Shown here: piece by piece, positions 26,121 through 36,620 of the stretch
Layout: each line of letters begins with the position of its first letter
Numbering within the stretch: position 1 is the first letter of the stretch
From: Chiloscyllium plagiosum
Lineage: Eukaryota
Direction: 5' to 3'
Length of the DNA: 64,000 bases
NCBI RefSeq assembly: GCF_004010195.1
Contig: NC_057757.1
Span: forward strand, 3,357,851-3,421,850
The notes under the pieces: model-generated
Seen by the model: the letters and a program-made list of their open reading frames with translations, nothing else
What the model was told of the DNA's origin: nothing
Databases searched by the model: none
Program-made: the position numbers and the translations under genes

Positions 26121-26796
26121 AAGAGGCCATTTGGCCCATTCAACCTCATCCCATTCCGTACTTCAAGGTCAAAAAATTATTCTTTGTTACATGATGAGGG
26201 TTTCTGCCTCTACTGTTCTTATATGTCTCAGTTCTCTGCTTCCACCCTTCCCATTCCAAATGCCCGACTGACCCCAAATTGAACCCCTCCACCCACACAC
26301 CCTTATGTGTTCACATCCACTATAGGTACTCCCTACCCACACTCTGTATGCTCCTTATAATTTTATATCTGTCATGGTACTTGGAAGAACACAAAACTCC
26401 CAGACGATCCAGACTTTGTTCATATCAAGCATCCATCAATCCTATTTGATCTGGATCTGTGTTTAATTAGCACCAAACGAGCCTTGCCTCCTCTAACAGG
26501 TAACGAAGGTTGGATTTGGGTGTCACACGGCAAAATATACTTGCTGTCACAAAACACTGATGATGAGCAATGCCACTGGACATCTCCATTTGAAGATCTC
26601 TCAATGTAAACAATTATATTCATGGAAGGGCGTTGAGAAAACAAAGTACTTCAACATGGGTGCAGGGGCAAACATCTCTTCTGTAAGTCACCTTAAAATC
26701 TGAGAATACGTATGGCAGGAGTTACTAATCTGTAGAGCTGCGCTCTAGGTCATGGAAATGTACAGCATGGAAATAGACCCTTCAGTCCAAATTGCA

Positions 26797-27105
26797 GCAT
26801 GGCGTCTCAGTGGTTAGCACTGCTGTCTCACGGTGCCAGGGACCTGGGCACAATTCCCGCCTCGGGCGACTGTCTGTGCAGAGTTTGCACATTCTCCCCA
26901 TGTCTGCATAGGTTTTCTCCAGGTGCTCCGGTTTCCTCCCACAATCCAAAGATTGAATTGGCCAGCCTAAATTGTCCAGAGTGTTAGGTGCATTAGTCAG
27001 GGGTAAATGTTGGGAAATGGGTCTGGGTGGGTTACTCTTCGGAGAATCGGTGTGGACTTGTTGGGCCAAATGGCCTGTTTCCACATTGTAGGGATTCTAA
27101 TCTAA
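26797..27105 (+). mobile_element. HE1-like tRNA-derived SINE inserted in a CR1 tail just upstream of the VGF acceptor
   Basis: A/B-box-like head (CTCAGTGGTTAGCACTGC), V-type core, CTAATCTAA tail. Confidence 0.85.
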
Positions 27106-27326
27106 ACTCATCCATGCCAACCACATATCCTATATTAATCTGATTCCATTTGGCTCATTTGCCTCCAAACCCTTCCTAGTCACATAGCCATCCAGATGCC
27201 TCTTAAATATTGTAATTGTACCAGCTGATGTTTGACTCTAAAGCATTAGTCGGTGTAGTAAATCTATCTTCCTTTTGTGTTTTTGCATCCGTAGCCTTCT
27301 CTCCCCTCCCCACTGACCTTGCAAGG

Positions 27327-28838
27327 ATGGCTTGGCTAACCCACTCACCGGCCGCTGTTGTCTTCGCCCTGACCCTCATGTTGCTCGGCGCTGTCAGAGC
27401 TGGCCCCCTTACAGATGATGGTCACATGGAACACCAGTCCCCGGACAACCTGAAGGAGAGCGGACAGACCCCTCATTACCAGGGCCAGGGGCTGTTCCCA
27501 GAGAACGGGAAAATGCCCGAGGGCGAGGTGGAGCCGCTCAAGAGCCATCAGGTCAGGTCCGCTCCCTCCCAGCCCAAGCCGGAACCCAGTTACGATGACG
27601 AACTGTTTAAGGACGTGGACGCCAAGACCCTGGCGGCCATTTTGCTGCAAGCTTTGAAGGTGGACACAGACCAGCCCAGCACCAGGGAGGAGCCAAGGCA
27701 GCACGATGGAGTGGCACCACCCTCCGCCGACCTCGGGTCACCAGAGGTGGAGGCTAATGACTTGACGGAGAATGTGAAGAGTAGGACCAGAGTGGGAAAG
27801 ACCCAGAGGAGCCCCATCTCACAGGAGAATGAAGAGTCATACTGGAGGAACGGGGAGGACGGAGAAGACTCCCTGACCCCACAGAACATCGACAGGCTGG
27901 AGACAATGCTGCAGGACTTGGAGAGATACAGCGCGACCACAAAAAGGGAGAGGTCCAACACTGCCCAGTTCTCACTAACCAAGGGTGACCAATCAACGGA
28001 AAATGATGTGCTGAGAGACCTGGATGCCTTCGAAGAGCTAGTGGGCAGGAAGGAGAAATACTCTGACTATGAGGAGAGCCAGGAGGACACCCGCGATAGA
28101 GTGAAGTACAGCTCCAAAGCCCCAGAGGTTAGCAGGAGGAAGAGTGGCCAGCAGAGGGCAAAGGATAGAGCATCTGACCTGTTGCTGCAGTACCTACTAA
28201 AGGGGGAGTCCAGCCAGGAGGAAGAGGAGGAGGAGGAGGAGGGGAAGGTGAGAGACAACAGGGGGAAGGTCGGAGGAGACTCAGAGGACAGCGCCTCCCA
28301 GGAGAAGAGGTCAGATGAAGACGAAGATGAGGATGAGGATATCGATCCCCAGACCATCGACAGACTCATCGAGATATCTAGCAAGCTCCATCTGCCCGCC
28401 GACGATGTGATTGACATCATCAATGATGTGGAAAAGAAAAGGAAAGATCCAATGGAGAGGCTAGAGAGCAGATATGGGGCATCATCCCGGGACAGGTACA
28501 AGACCCCAGACAGCAATTACCTTCCCCATCATCGGCCAGAGAAGACCAGACACCATGTCAACAATGAGCTGAGTCTTCAGGATCTCCTGGGTGCTAATAA
28601 TGCTCTAGACTATGACAGCATGGCTTACCCTATCCCCAGGAGGTACCGTCTCAGGCCAAATGGTTACCCCAATTACATTCATCCCAGAATCTCCCAGCCT
28701 CGTTACCGCCCCTATTACTACCAGCCTCCACCCCCAGTTTACCGAAACAAGGAGTACTACGAGGATGAAGCCAATGAGGAAGAGCTGGAGAACTACATTG
28801 AGAAGATCTTGCTCAAGCACCCAGAGGTCTTCCAATAG
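27327..28838 (+). CDS. VGF: Neurosecretory protein VGF (granin-family prohormone), 503 aa, single coding exon
   Basis: ATG in good Kozak context (AGGATGG) follows the splice acceptor TTTTTGCATCCGTAG (AG 27293-27294). N-terminal signal peptide [25 protein letters not shown]. VGF-type blocks: [81 protein letters not shown]. Dibasic sites present. Convergent with AP1S1, as in mammals. Confidence 0.95.
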   Translation: [503 protein letters not shown]

Positions 28839-28998
28839 AATGAAAGGAATGATTAAAAGGTCCAATCATTGGTTCATTTTCCTCCCACTCCCCTACCTTC
28901 CAACACCCCCTCCCCACCTTTTTTTCGTATAGATTATCAGTTTGTTAAGGTTTTTCTGCATGAGCCAGGCAAATGTGAGGAAACATCAATTCCCCCAC

Positions 28999-29512
28999 TG
29001 CCCTGACTCATTCCAAACACAGCCGTGCACCCCATCTCACATCACTCCTAACCCCGCACCTCCAACCCCACTCCTCCCCTGACTGGACCAGAAAGAGAGC
29101 AGTTGGCAGGACCAAGGTGAAATATTTTTGTACAACACCCTAGGCTCAAGGAGGTTATCCCCATCTGAACAGTGATGGCGATCATGTTGTGTGTGTGTGT
29201 GAGTGAGTGTGTGTGGGTGTGCGCATGCATGTGCGAGTGTGTGTGGGGGTGTGAGGTGCCCTGACTCATTCCAAACACAGCCGTGCACCCCATCTCACAT
29301 CACTCCTAACCCCGCACCTCCAACCCCACTCCTCCCCTGACTGGACCAGAAAGAGAGCAGTTGGCAGGACCAAGGTGAAATATTTTTGTACAACACCCTA
29401 GGCTCAAGGAGGTTATCCCCATCTGAACAGTGATGGCGATCATGTTGTGCGTGTGTGTGAGTGAGTGTGTGTGGGTGTGCGCATGCATGTGCGAGTGTGT
29501 GTGGGTGTGAGG
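28999..29512 (+). repeat. ~258-bp near-identical tandem duplication in the VGF 3' UTR
   Basis: TGCCCTGACTCATTCCAAACACAGCC starts at both 28999 and 29257. Confidence 0.95.
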
Positions 29513-30836
29513 CGTGGTGAGGGTGTGTGTACGTGTGTGGGGGGTTGGGTGTGTGTGTGGGGGGTGGGTGGGTGTGTCTCTCTGAGTGTGTGTGTGTGTG
29601 CACGTGTACATGCGAGTGTGTGTGTGGGGGATGTGGTGAAGGTGTGTGTGTGAGCATGCGAGTGTGTGTGGGTGTGTGTGGAGGTGGTTGGGTGTGTGTG
29701 GGGGGGAGGTGGGTGGGTGTCTCTGTGTGTGTGGGTGAGTGTGTGTGTGTGTGTGGTGGAGGAATCATCCCTGATGGCAAAGAACACAGCCATTTGACCC
29801 ATCATGGCTTTGCTAGCCCTCTTTGGAAGCAATTCACGTGGTGCCCTCCCATCCCACCTCCAGCTCTGCACACACTCTCCCTCTCTCAGAATATGTACAG
29901 CTCAGAAGGAGACCACTCTGCCCATTTGTGCCCCAGCTGGCCTGATCCCATTTTCCAATACCTTGTCCATATCACTCAGGGGCACGCCCAGGCCTTTCTG
30001 TGATGAGCTGGGGGTTGCTCCCTCAGGCAGTGACTTTCCAACTCCAGTCAGCCGCTGAGTGAGAAATGTTTTCCCCATCGGCCCCTTCCACTCACCACCC
30101 ACTTTAAATCGATGCACCCCCCTCCCAATCATTGACCCCTTTGCTAAGCAAAGAAAAGGAGATCCTCCCTTTTTCTCTTTATCCAACCTTGCACATCTCA
30201 AGCAATTACATTATCTACCACTGCTACCCATTTTTCAAAAAAAGAGGCATGTACTGGGTGACCCATGGCTTAATCTGCGTGTGTGTGTGTGTGTCTGTAT
30301 ATGTGTGTTTGTGTGTGTGTATTTGTGCGTCTGTTTCTCTGTGTGTCTGTCTATGTGTGTTTGTGTGTGTCTGTATTTGTGTGTTTGTGTGTGTATTTGT
30401 GTGTCTGTATCTCTGTGTCTGTATATGTGTGTTTGTGTGTGTCTGTATTTGTGTGTTTGTGTGTGTCTGTATTTGTGTGTCTGTTATGTGTTTGTGTGTC
30501 TGTATGTGTTTGAGAATGTTTGTGTGTGAGTGAGCGTGCTTGTGCATGTGTATGTGTTTGTCTGCATGTGTGAGAGAACATATGTGTGAGTGTGTGAGGG
30601 GTGAGTGTGAGTACATATGCGTGTGTGTTTGTGTGTATGTGTGATTGCGAGTGTGTGGGTGTGTGCATCTGTATTTGTGTGAGAATGTGTGTGTGTGAGA
30701 GACAGTGTTTGTGCGTGAGAGGGTGAGTGTGAATATGTGCGTATGTTTGTGAGTGCGAGTATGAGTGCGTGAGTTCACGGGTGTGTGTGTGTGTGAGAGA
30801 GAGAGTGAGTGAGTGTGTGAGTGAGTGCGTGTGTAT
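29440..30836 (+). repeat. Degenerate (GT)n tracts (~29440-29760 and ~30278-30836) in the VGF 3' UTR
   Basis: Directly visible. Confidence 0.95.
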
Positions 30837-31923
30837 CATCAGTATTAGGGCTACCCCTCACCACTCCCTTGGACACTGGTGCATAGCAAGGGTCACTTTA
30901 CGAAAAGTTGTTCCCCAGCGCTGGACGGTGCTGTAGACTACACTGACGTCAATGGCATCACTTCCAGTCGCCCTGACAGCGTGGGGGCTGTAGCTGAATG
31001 AATCCCCTCAGTCCCCTGGAGGAAGTTTCTCTGACGCTCACTATAACAAAATCCTTGTGGAATTTTCAGTCGAGTTGGACTTCACGGTAATGCGATATGT
31101 GGAGACCCGAGCAGGTTACAGAAGTGAGGAGTCTGCCTGGAGAACAGGAACCTGATTAGGGAGACCATCAGATCAGGACAGCGTCTGCATGCACTCTGAC
31201 AGCAGAGTGTCAAACACATGGTGTTAACCCACCCACCCCTCCCCCAATTTAATGTACACTTCTGTCCCCCTCCCTCCCCGCCCCCTCCAACACACACACC
31301 TTCCAGTTTCCATCCCCCACTCAAAATACCCCCTTTTCCTTTATATTTATTTCGAAACGTTGAGCTGAGGTTTGGAAGTGACGCCTGTTCTGAAGGGACG
31401 CGTTGACCAGGGGAAGCCGGCTACAGCAGAGTCTTTGTTTAAAGGATCACTTCTCCGGGGCCGGGCTGCCCTTGGCGTTTAGACAAAAAGGAGGCGGGTT
31501 TGTTTCTGGGGTTGGGGGGAGGGGGGTGTGGTTGGGAGGGGCCGGTGATAGGATCCGATCTAGCCTCCTGCCGCCTCCGCTGCCCCCAGGATGTCGTGGT
31601 GGGCTTCAGATGAAGAATGAATGGAAATGGGTGGGGGAAGGGGAGGGGATCGTGGTGGGGGAGGGGGAGGGGGAAACTTTCTATTGTGCCCCTTTGTAAA
31701 ATTCCCCGAGTCTGTGAAAATGGTTTCTTGGAGTGTACCCCAAGTCTTGTTACGTACCTGAAGAGAATACAGAGTCATTTGATGTTGCAGAGTTCGATGT
31801 TTTTTTGCATTTAATAACAGTGACTGTTGTAAATAGGACGGCAGGGGGAGGGGGGAGGGGAAGGGGTGGGATGGGGCGGGGGGGGGGTGGGTGGTGAAGT
31901 GGTTGAGTATTAGTTTTGCAATG

Positions 31924-31929
31924 AATAAA
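31924..31929 (+). terminator. VGF: VGF polyadenylation signal (3' UTR ~3.1 kb)
   Basis: AATAAA followed by a GT/T-rich downstream element (GTGGTCTTTTTGTCTT). Confidence 0.75.
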
Positions 31930-33175
31930 AAGCACATATTTTATTCAACAGTGGTCTTTTTGTCTTAACGGTTGCACTGAGTTCGGGGCAGCGATCCTCT
32001 TAGGATCGCCTTGTAGAATATCCAATAGAATGTCATAGCTCCTGCCCCGCTCTGGGGTTGGGAGCAAGTGGGCTGTCAAATGCGTATCAGCATCCAGAGC
32101 AGGCCATTCGTCGCCTCTGGACTACCCCGCCATTCATTAAGGTCATGGCCAGTCTGATTGTAGTCTCAACTCCATCTCCTTTTATGCCCCTCATTTCCAC
32201 CCCCCCCCCCCACCAAATGGAACTTTCCAATCCCTGTTTTTCTCTTGACTATCTACCCCTTGCCACAAAAGTATTCATTGATCTAACCCCCACTGTTCTT
32301 CTTGTGATGGGTGTTTGGAAGTCTTACCCCATGTTGTGAGAAAATGTCCTTGTCTTAAATGAGAAACCCCTTTATTTATAAACTGTGACCCCCGCAACCC
32401 CTCATCTTTCTTTCTGGTTTTCCCATGACCAGGGAAAACAAAGACCCTGTCAAGTCCCCTCGGGATTTTACACACTTCCAGCATTCCTCCAAACTCCAAT
32501 GGGCACACACCCCAGACCTTTCCTCATCAGATGGTCACCCCTGGGTTTTCATAGGGAAAGAATCCGTAATAGACAAAGCACACAATAGAATCCACTGTGA
32601 AGGCAAAGAAATAGCACCTTTTGGATGGCCCCTTACCCAACGAAGCCTGAGGAAACCAGGCACCCAATTTATGCAAAGCAAGCTCCCAAAAGCAGCATGG
32701 TGGCACTGATCCCAGTAAAACTGTGTCTTGCGATCTCAGCGGAGGGCGGAGACTTCGGGCTGGAGGTGGAAGTTTCTCTTGACCATCGTCAAGGTGAGGC
32801 GCTGAGAAAGCATTTGCATTTTCCAAAATACTTTTGAAAACAAAACACCCAACAGAGCTGCATTGCATCTGCCACGGATTCTGCGGTTGCGTGGAGTACA
32901 ATATGGAGTTGCAAACGGTCAGTAAAGGAAGAGTGCATCTCATCCAGCCACACCCGTAGAGGCATTGGAGGGAATCAAGATGCACAAAAGGAAATGTGGT
33001 CCAGAAATGGAAACCCGCAGCATAGAATTGGGCAAATTGTATGGGATAATGGTGCTGAAGGGATTAATATTCATATTAACCCATGCTACTGCTGTCTCTC
33101 TCTCTCGCTCTCTCTCACACACACACATACACACACACACACAAAATGTGGTTGGAGAATCTAGCTTTTGGTGGG

Positions 33176-34141
33176 AACAGGTATATCTAGCTAGCTCCTG
33201 AAAGTTCAAGTGATTATACCTGACCAAATGTTGCTAAACTTGCTGTTACCATGGAATCATTCAGCTCGGAAACAGACCCTTCAGTCCAACTAGTCCATGC
33301 TGACCATAATCCCAAACTAAATTAATCCCATCTGCCTGCTCCTGCCCCATATCTCTCCAAACCTTTCCTATTCATGTACTTATCTAAATGTCCTTTAAAC
33401 ATTGTAATTGAATCCACATCCATCACTTCCTCTGGAAGATCATTCCATGTGCGAACTACACTCTGTGTAAACAATTTACCCTTCATGTCTTTTTAAAATC
33501 TCTTTCCTCACACCTTAAAAATCTGCCCTCTCATCTTGAAATTCCCCCATCCTAGGGAAAAGACACCTGCCATTAACCTTATCTGTATCCCTCATGGTTT
33601 TATAAATTTCTATAAGGTCACCCATAAAACTCCTGCGCTCCAATGAAAAAAAGTCCCAACAGGTATATCAGCTAGCTCCTGAAAGTTCAAGTGATTATAC
33701 CTGACCAAATGTTGCTAAGCTTGCTGTTACCATGGAATCATTCAGCTCGGAAACAGACCCTTCAGTCCAACTAGTCCATGCTGACCATAATCCCAAACTA
33801 AATTAATCCCATCTGCCTGCTCCTGGCCCATATCTCTCCAAACCTTTCCTATTCATGTACTTATCTAAATGTCCTTTAAATATTGTAATTGAATCCACAT
33901 CCATCACTTCCTCTGGAAGATCATTCCATGTGCGAACTACACTCTGTGTAAACAATTTACCCTTCATGTTTTTTTAAAATCTCTTTCCTCACACCTTAAA
34001 AATCTGCCCTCTCATCTTGAAATTCCCCCATCCTAGGGAAAAGACACCTGCCATTAACCTTATCTGTATCCCTCATGGTTTTATAAATTTCTATAAGGTC
34101 ACCCATAAAACTCCTGCGCTCCAATGAAAAAAAGTCCCAAC
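33176..34141 (+). repeat. ~482-bp near-identical tandem duplication including a CR1 tail
   Basis: AACAGGTATATC starts at 33176 and 33658. Both copies end AAAAGTCCCAAC. Confidence 0.95.
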
Positions 34142-34354
34142 CCATCCAGCCTCTGCTTATAACTCAAACCCTCCATTCCCAGCAACATCCTGGTAAATCT
34201 CTTCTGAACCCTCTCCAGTGTAATAATATCTTTCCTGTAAGAGGGTGACCAGAATTAGACACAGTACTCCTAAAGAGGCTTCAGCAATGCCCTGTACAAC
34301 CTCAACATGACACCCCAACACCTATGCAAGTAACCATCTTGTTATCTAAAAACT

Positions 34355-34675
34355 GAGGAGGCGATGGCCCAGAGGTATTATGACTGGTCCGTTAATCAAG
34401 AGACCCAGCAATGTTCTGGAGTCTTGGGTTCAAATCCCACCTTGGCAGATGATGGAATTTGAATTCCATCACAGACAAGTGAAGGGTCTAATGACGACCA
34501 TGAATCAATTGTCAGGAAAACCCCCATCTGGTTCACTAATGACCTTTAGGGAAGAAAACTGCCATCCTTACATGGTCTGGCCTACATGTGACTCCAGACC
34601 CACAGCCCAATGTGGGTTGACTCTTAACTGCCCTCTGGGACAATTAGGGATGGGTAATGAATGATGGCCTAGCCA
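34355..34675 (+). mobile_element. Second tRNA-derived SINE family sharing a LINE 3' tail (GGGCAATTAGGGATGGG)
   Basis: A/B-box-like head and GGCAGATGATGGAATTTGAATTC core. Related copies near 36710, 43200 and 54300. Confidence 0.65.
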
Positions 34676-35599
34676 TTTTTTCCAACAACTTGTGCCTCTT
34701 CTATACGTACTGTACAATTGAGGTTTTGTTTCTACTAATCACTAGATTGGTCAAGACAAAGGAAAATTGGTGGCAATGCTCACCCAGTGCCACCTCCTGG
34801 TAAAGGTGGCAAATACCACAAGATACTGGCACCTGTTTCTGCTCCTATGACATAAGGCCTTAAGCCAGGAGTGGTCATCTGGGAAAGGAACACATGGTTG
34901 CAGTGGTGTTGATCTGACACTCCCCCTCCAACCATGAGGAGCAAAGGTCCACAAGATCTAGAAAAAAGAAATCAACCGCTATAAGATCCATTACCAATTT
35001 AAGAAGATAGGGTAATTCAGCAGCTGAAATATGATTACCCAGAGGGGGAGACTGATAGAGGCAGCAGTGCTGAGGAACCACACCATAAAGGAAAACTTCA
35101 CTCAGAAACTGGTAAGAAGCACTGGGGCAAGAGAAACAAAAGACACTCACACAAATAACTTATCAAAGGCGGTTCTGTAATGAGCAACTGAAGCTCCAGG
35201 AGTTAGAGGGAAAACTAAGGAAAGAAAGGGAATAGCTTTCTGGAAAAAATGGATGAGAAAATTAGAAAATCATAGAACGGAGATGGTGAAGAAGGTCATC
35301 CAACCCATCATGTGGGCACCGAGTGCAAATCTCCTGCCTTCCCCCATATCCCAACATGCCATTTCTTTCCAAATGTTCATCCAATACCCACTTGAATGTC
35401 TCAATTGAACCTGCCTCCATTACACTTCCAGACCCCAACTACTGTGTGTGTGGAGACGTGTTTTCCCCCCCTCACTTCAGCCTTGCTTTGCATGCGCATC
35501 ACACTTAAATCTAAGCCCATCTCTCATTCCTTTTCTGTTTATAAGCTTCTCCCTGTCTATCCATCTCATTCACATTTTAGAATCATAGATCAGAAACAG

Positions 35600-36620
35600 T
35601 TCAATTCTGGTCACCCCACCATAGAAAATATGTTGTGAAACTTCACAAGGTGCAGAAAAGATTTACAGGGATGTTGCTAGGGTTGGAGGCTTTGAGCTAT
35701 AGGGAGAGGCTGAATAGGCTTGGGTGTTTTCCCTGGAGCGTCGGAAGCTGAGGGATGACCTTATCGAGGTTTACAAAATCATGAGCGGTGTGGATACGAT
35801 AAATAGCCAAGGTATTTTTCCCAGAATAGGGGAGTCCAAAACTAGAGCACATAGGTTTTAAAAGGGACCTAAGGGGAAACATTTTCATGCAAAAGGTGTT
35901 GCATGTATGAAATGAACTGCCAGAAGAGGTGGTGAAGGTTATTACAGTTACAACATTTAAGAGGCATCTGGATGGATATATGAATAGGAAGGTTTCAGAG
36001 GGATGTGGGCCAAATGCTGGCAAATGGGACCCTGGGGGAAAAGACCTTGCCTATTCAACTTATCCATGCCCCTCATGATTTTATAAACCTCTGTAAGGTC
36101 ACCCCTCAGCCTCCAGTGCTCCAGGGAAAATAATCCCAGCCTATTCAGCCTCTCCCTATAGCTCAAACCTTCCAACCCTGGCAACATCCTTGTAAATCTT
36201 TTCTGAACTCTTTCAAGTTTAACATCCTTCCTATAGCAGGGTGATCAGAACTGCACACAGAGAATCCAAAAGTGGCCTAACCAATGTCCTATACAGCTGC
36301 AACATGACCTTCCTACTCACATACTCAGTGCTCTGACCAATAAAGGCAAACATACTATATACCTTCTTCACTATCCTGTCTACTTGCAACTCCACTTTTA
36401 AGGAACAACAAACTTGCACTCCATGGTCTCTTTATTCAGCAACACTCCCCAGGACCTTACCATTATAGTTATAATTATCTGCCCTGAGTTGCCTTTCCAA
36501 AATGCAGCACCTCACATTTATCTCAGTTAAACTCCATCTGCCACTCCTCAGCCTATTGGCCCAACACATCAAGGTGCTGCTGTCCTCTGAGATAACCTTC
36601 TTCTCTGTCCACTACACCAA
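35600..36620. mobile_element. Two CR1-like fragments joined tail-to-tail (+ ~35600-36030, - ~36030-36620)
   Basis: YRERLNRLG-coding sequence on both strands converging at ~36030. Confidence 0.8.

Noticed and set aside
27216..27326. 37-aa N-terminal extension of the 540-aa ORF
   Set aside because: Starts at TTG in a CR1 remnant and crosses the polypyrimidine tract and acceptor. The ATG at 27327 precedes the signal peptide.
27345..28865. Antisense ORFs over VGF
   Set aside because: Shadow frames of a biased coding sequence, with no recognisable product.
29295..30839. His/Thr- and Cys/Val-rich ORFs
   Set aside because: Translations of (GT)n/(CA)n microsatellite.
35505..35530. EMGL-coding stretch resembling the AP1S1 last exon
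   Set aside because: In-frame stop immediately upstream. The true exon is at 44793-44840.
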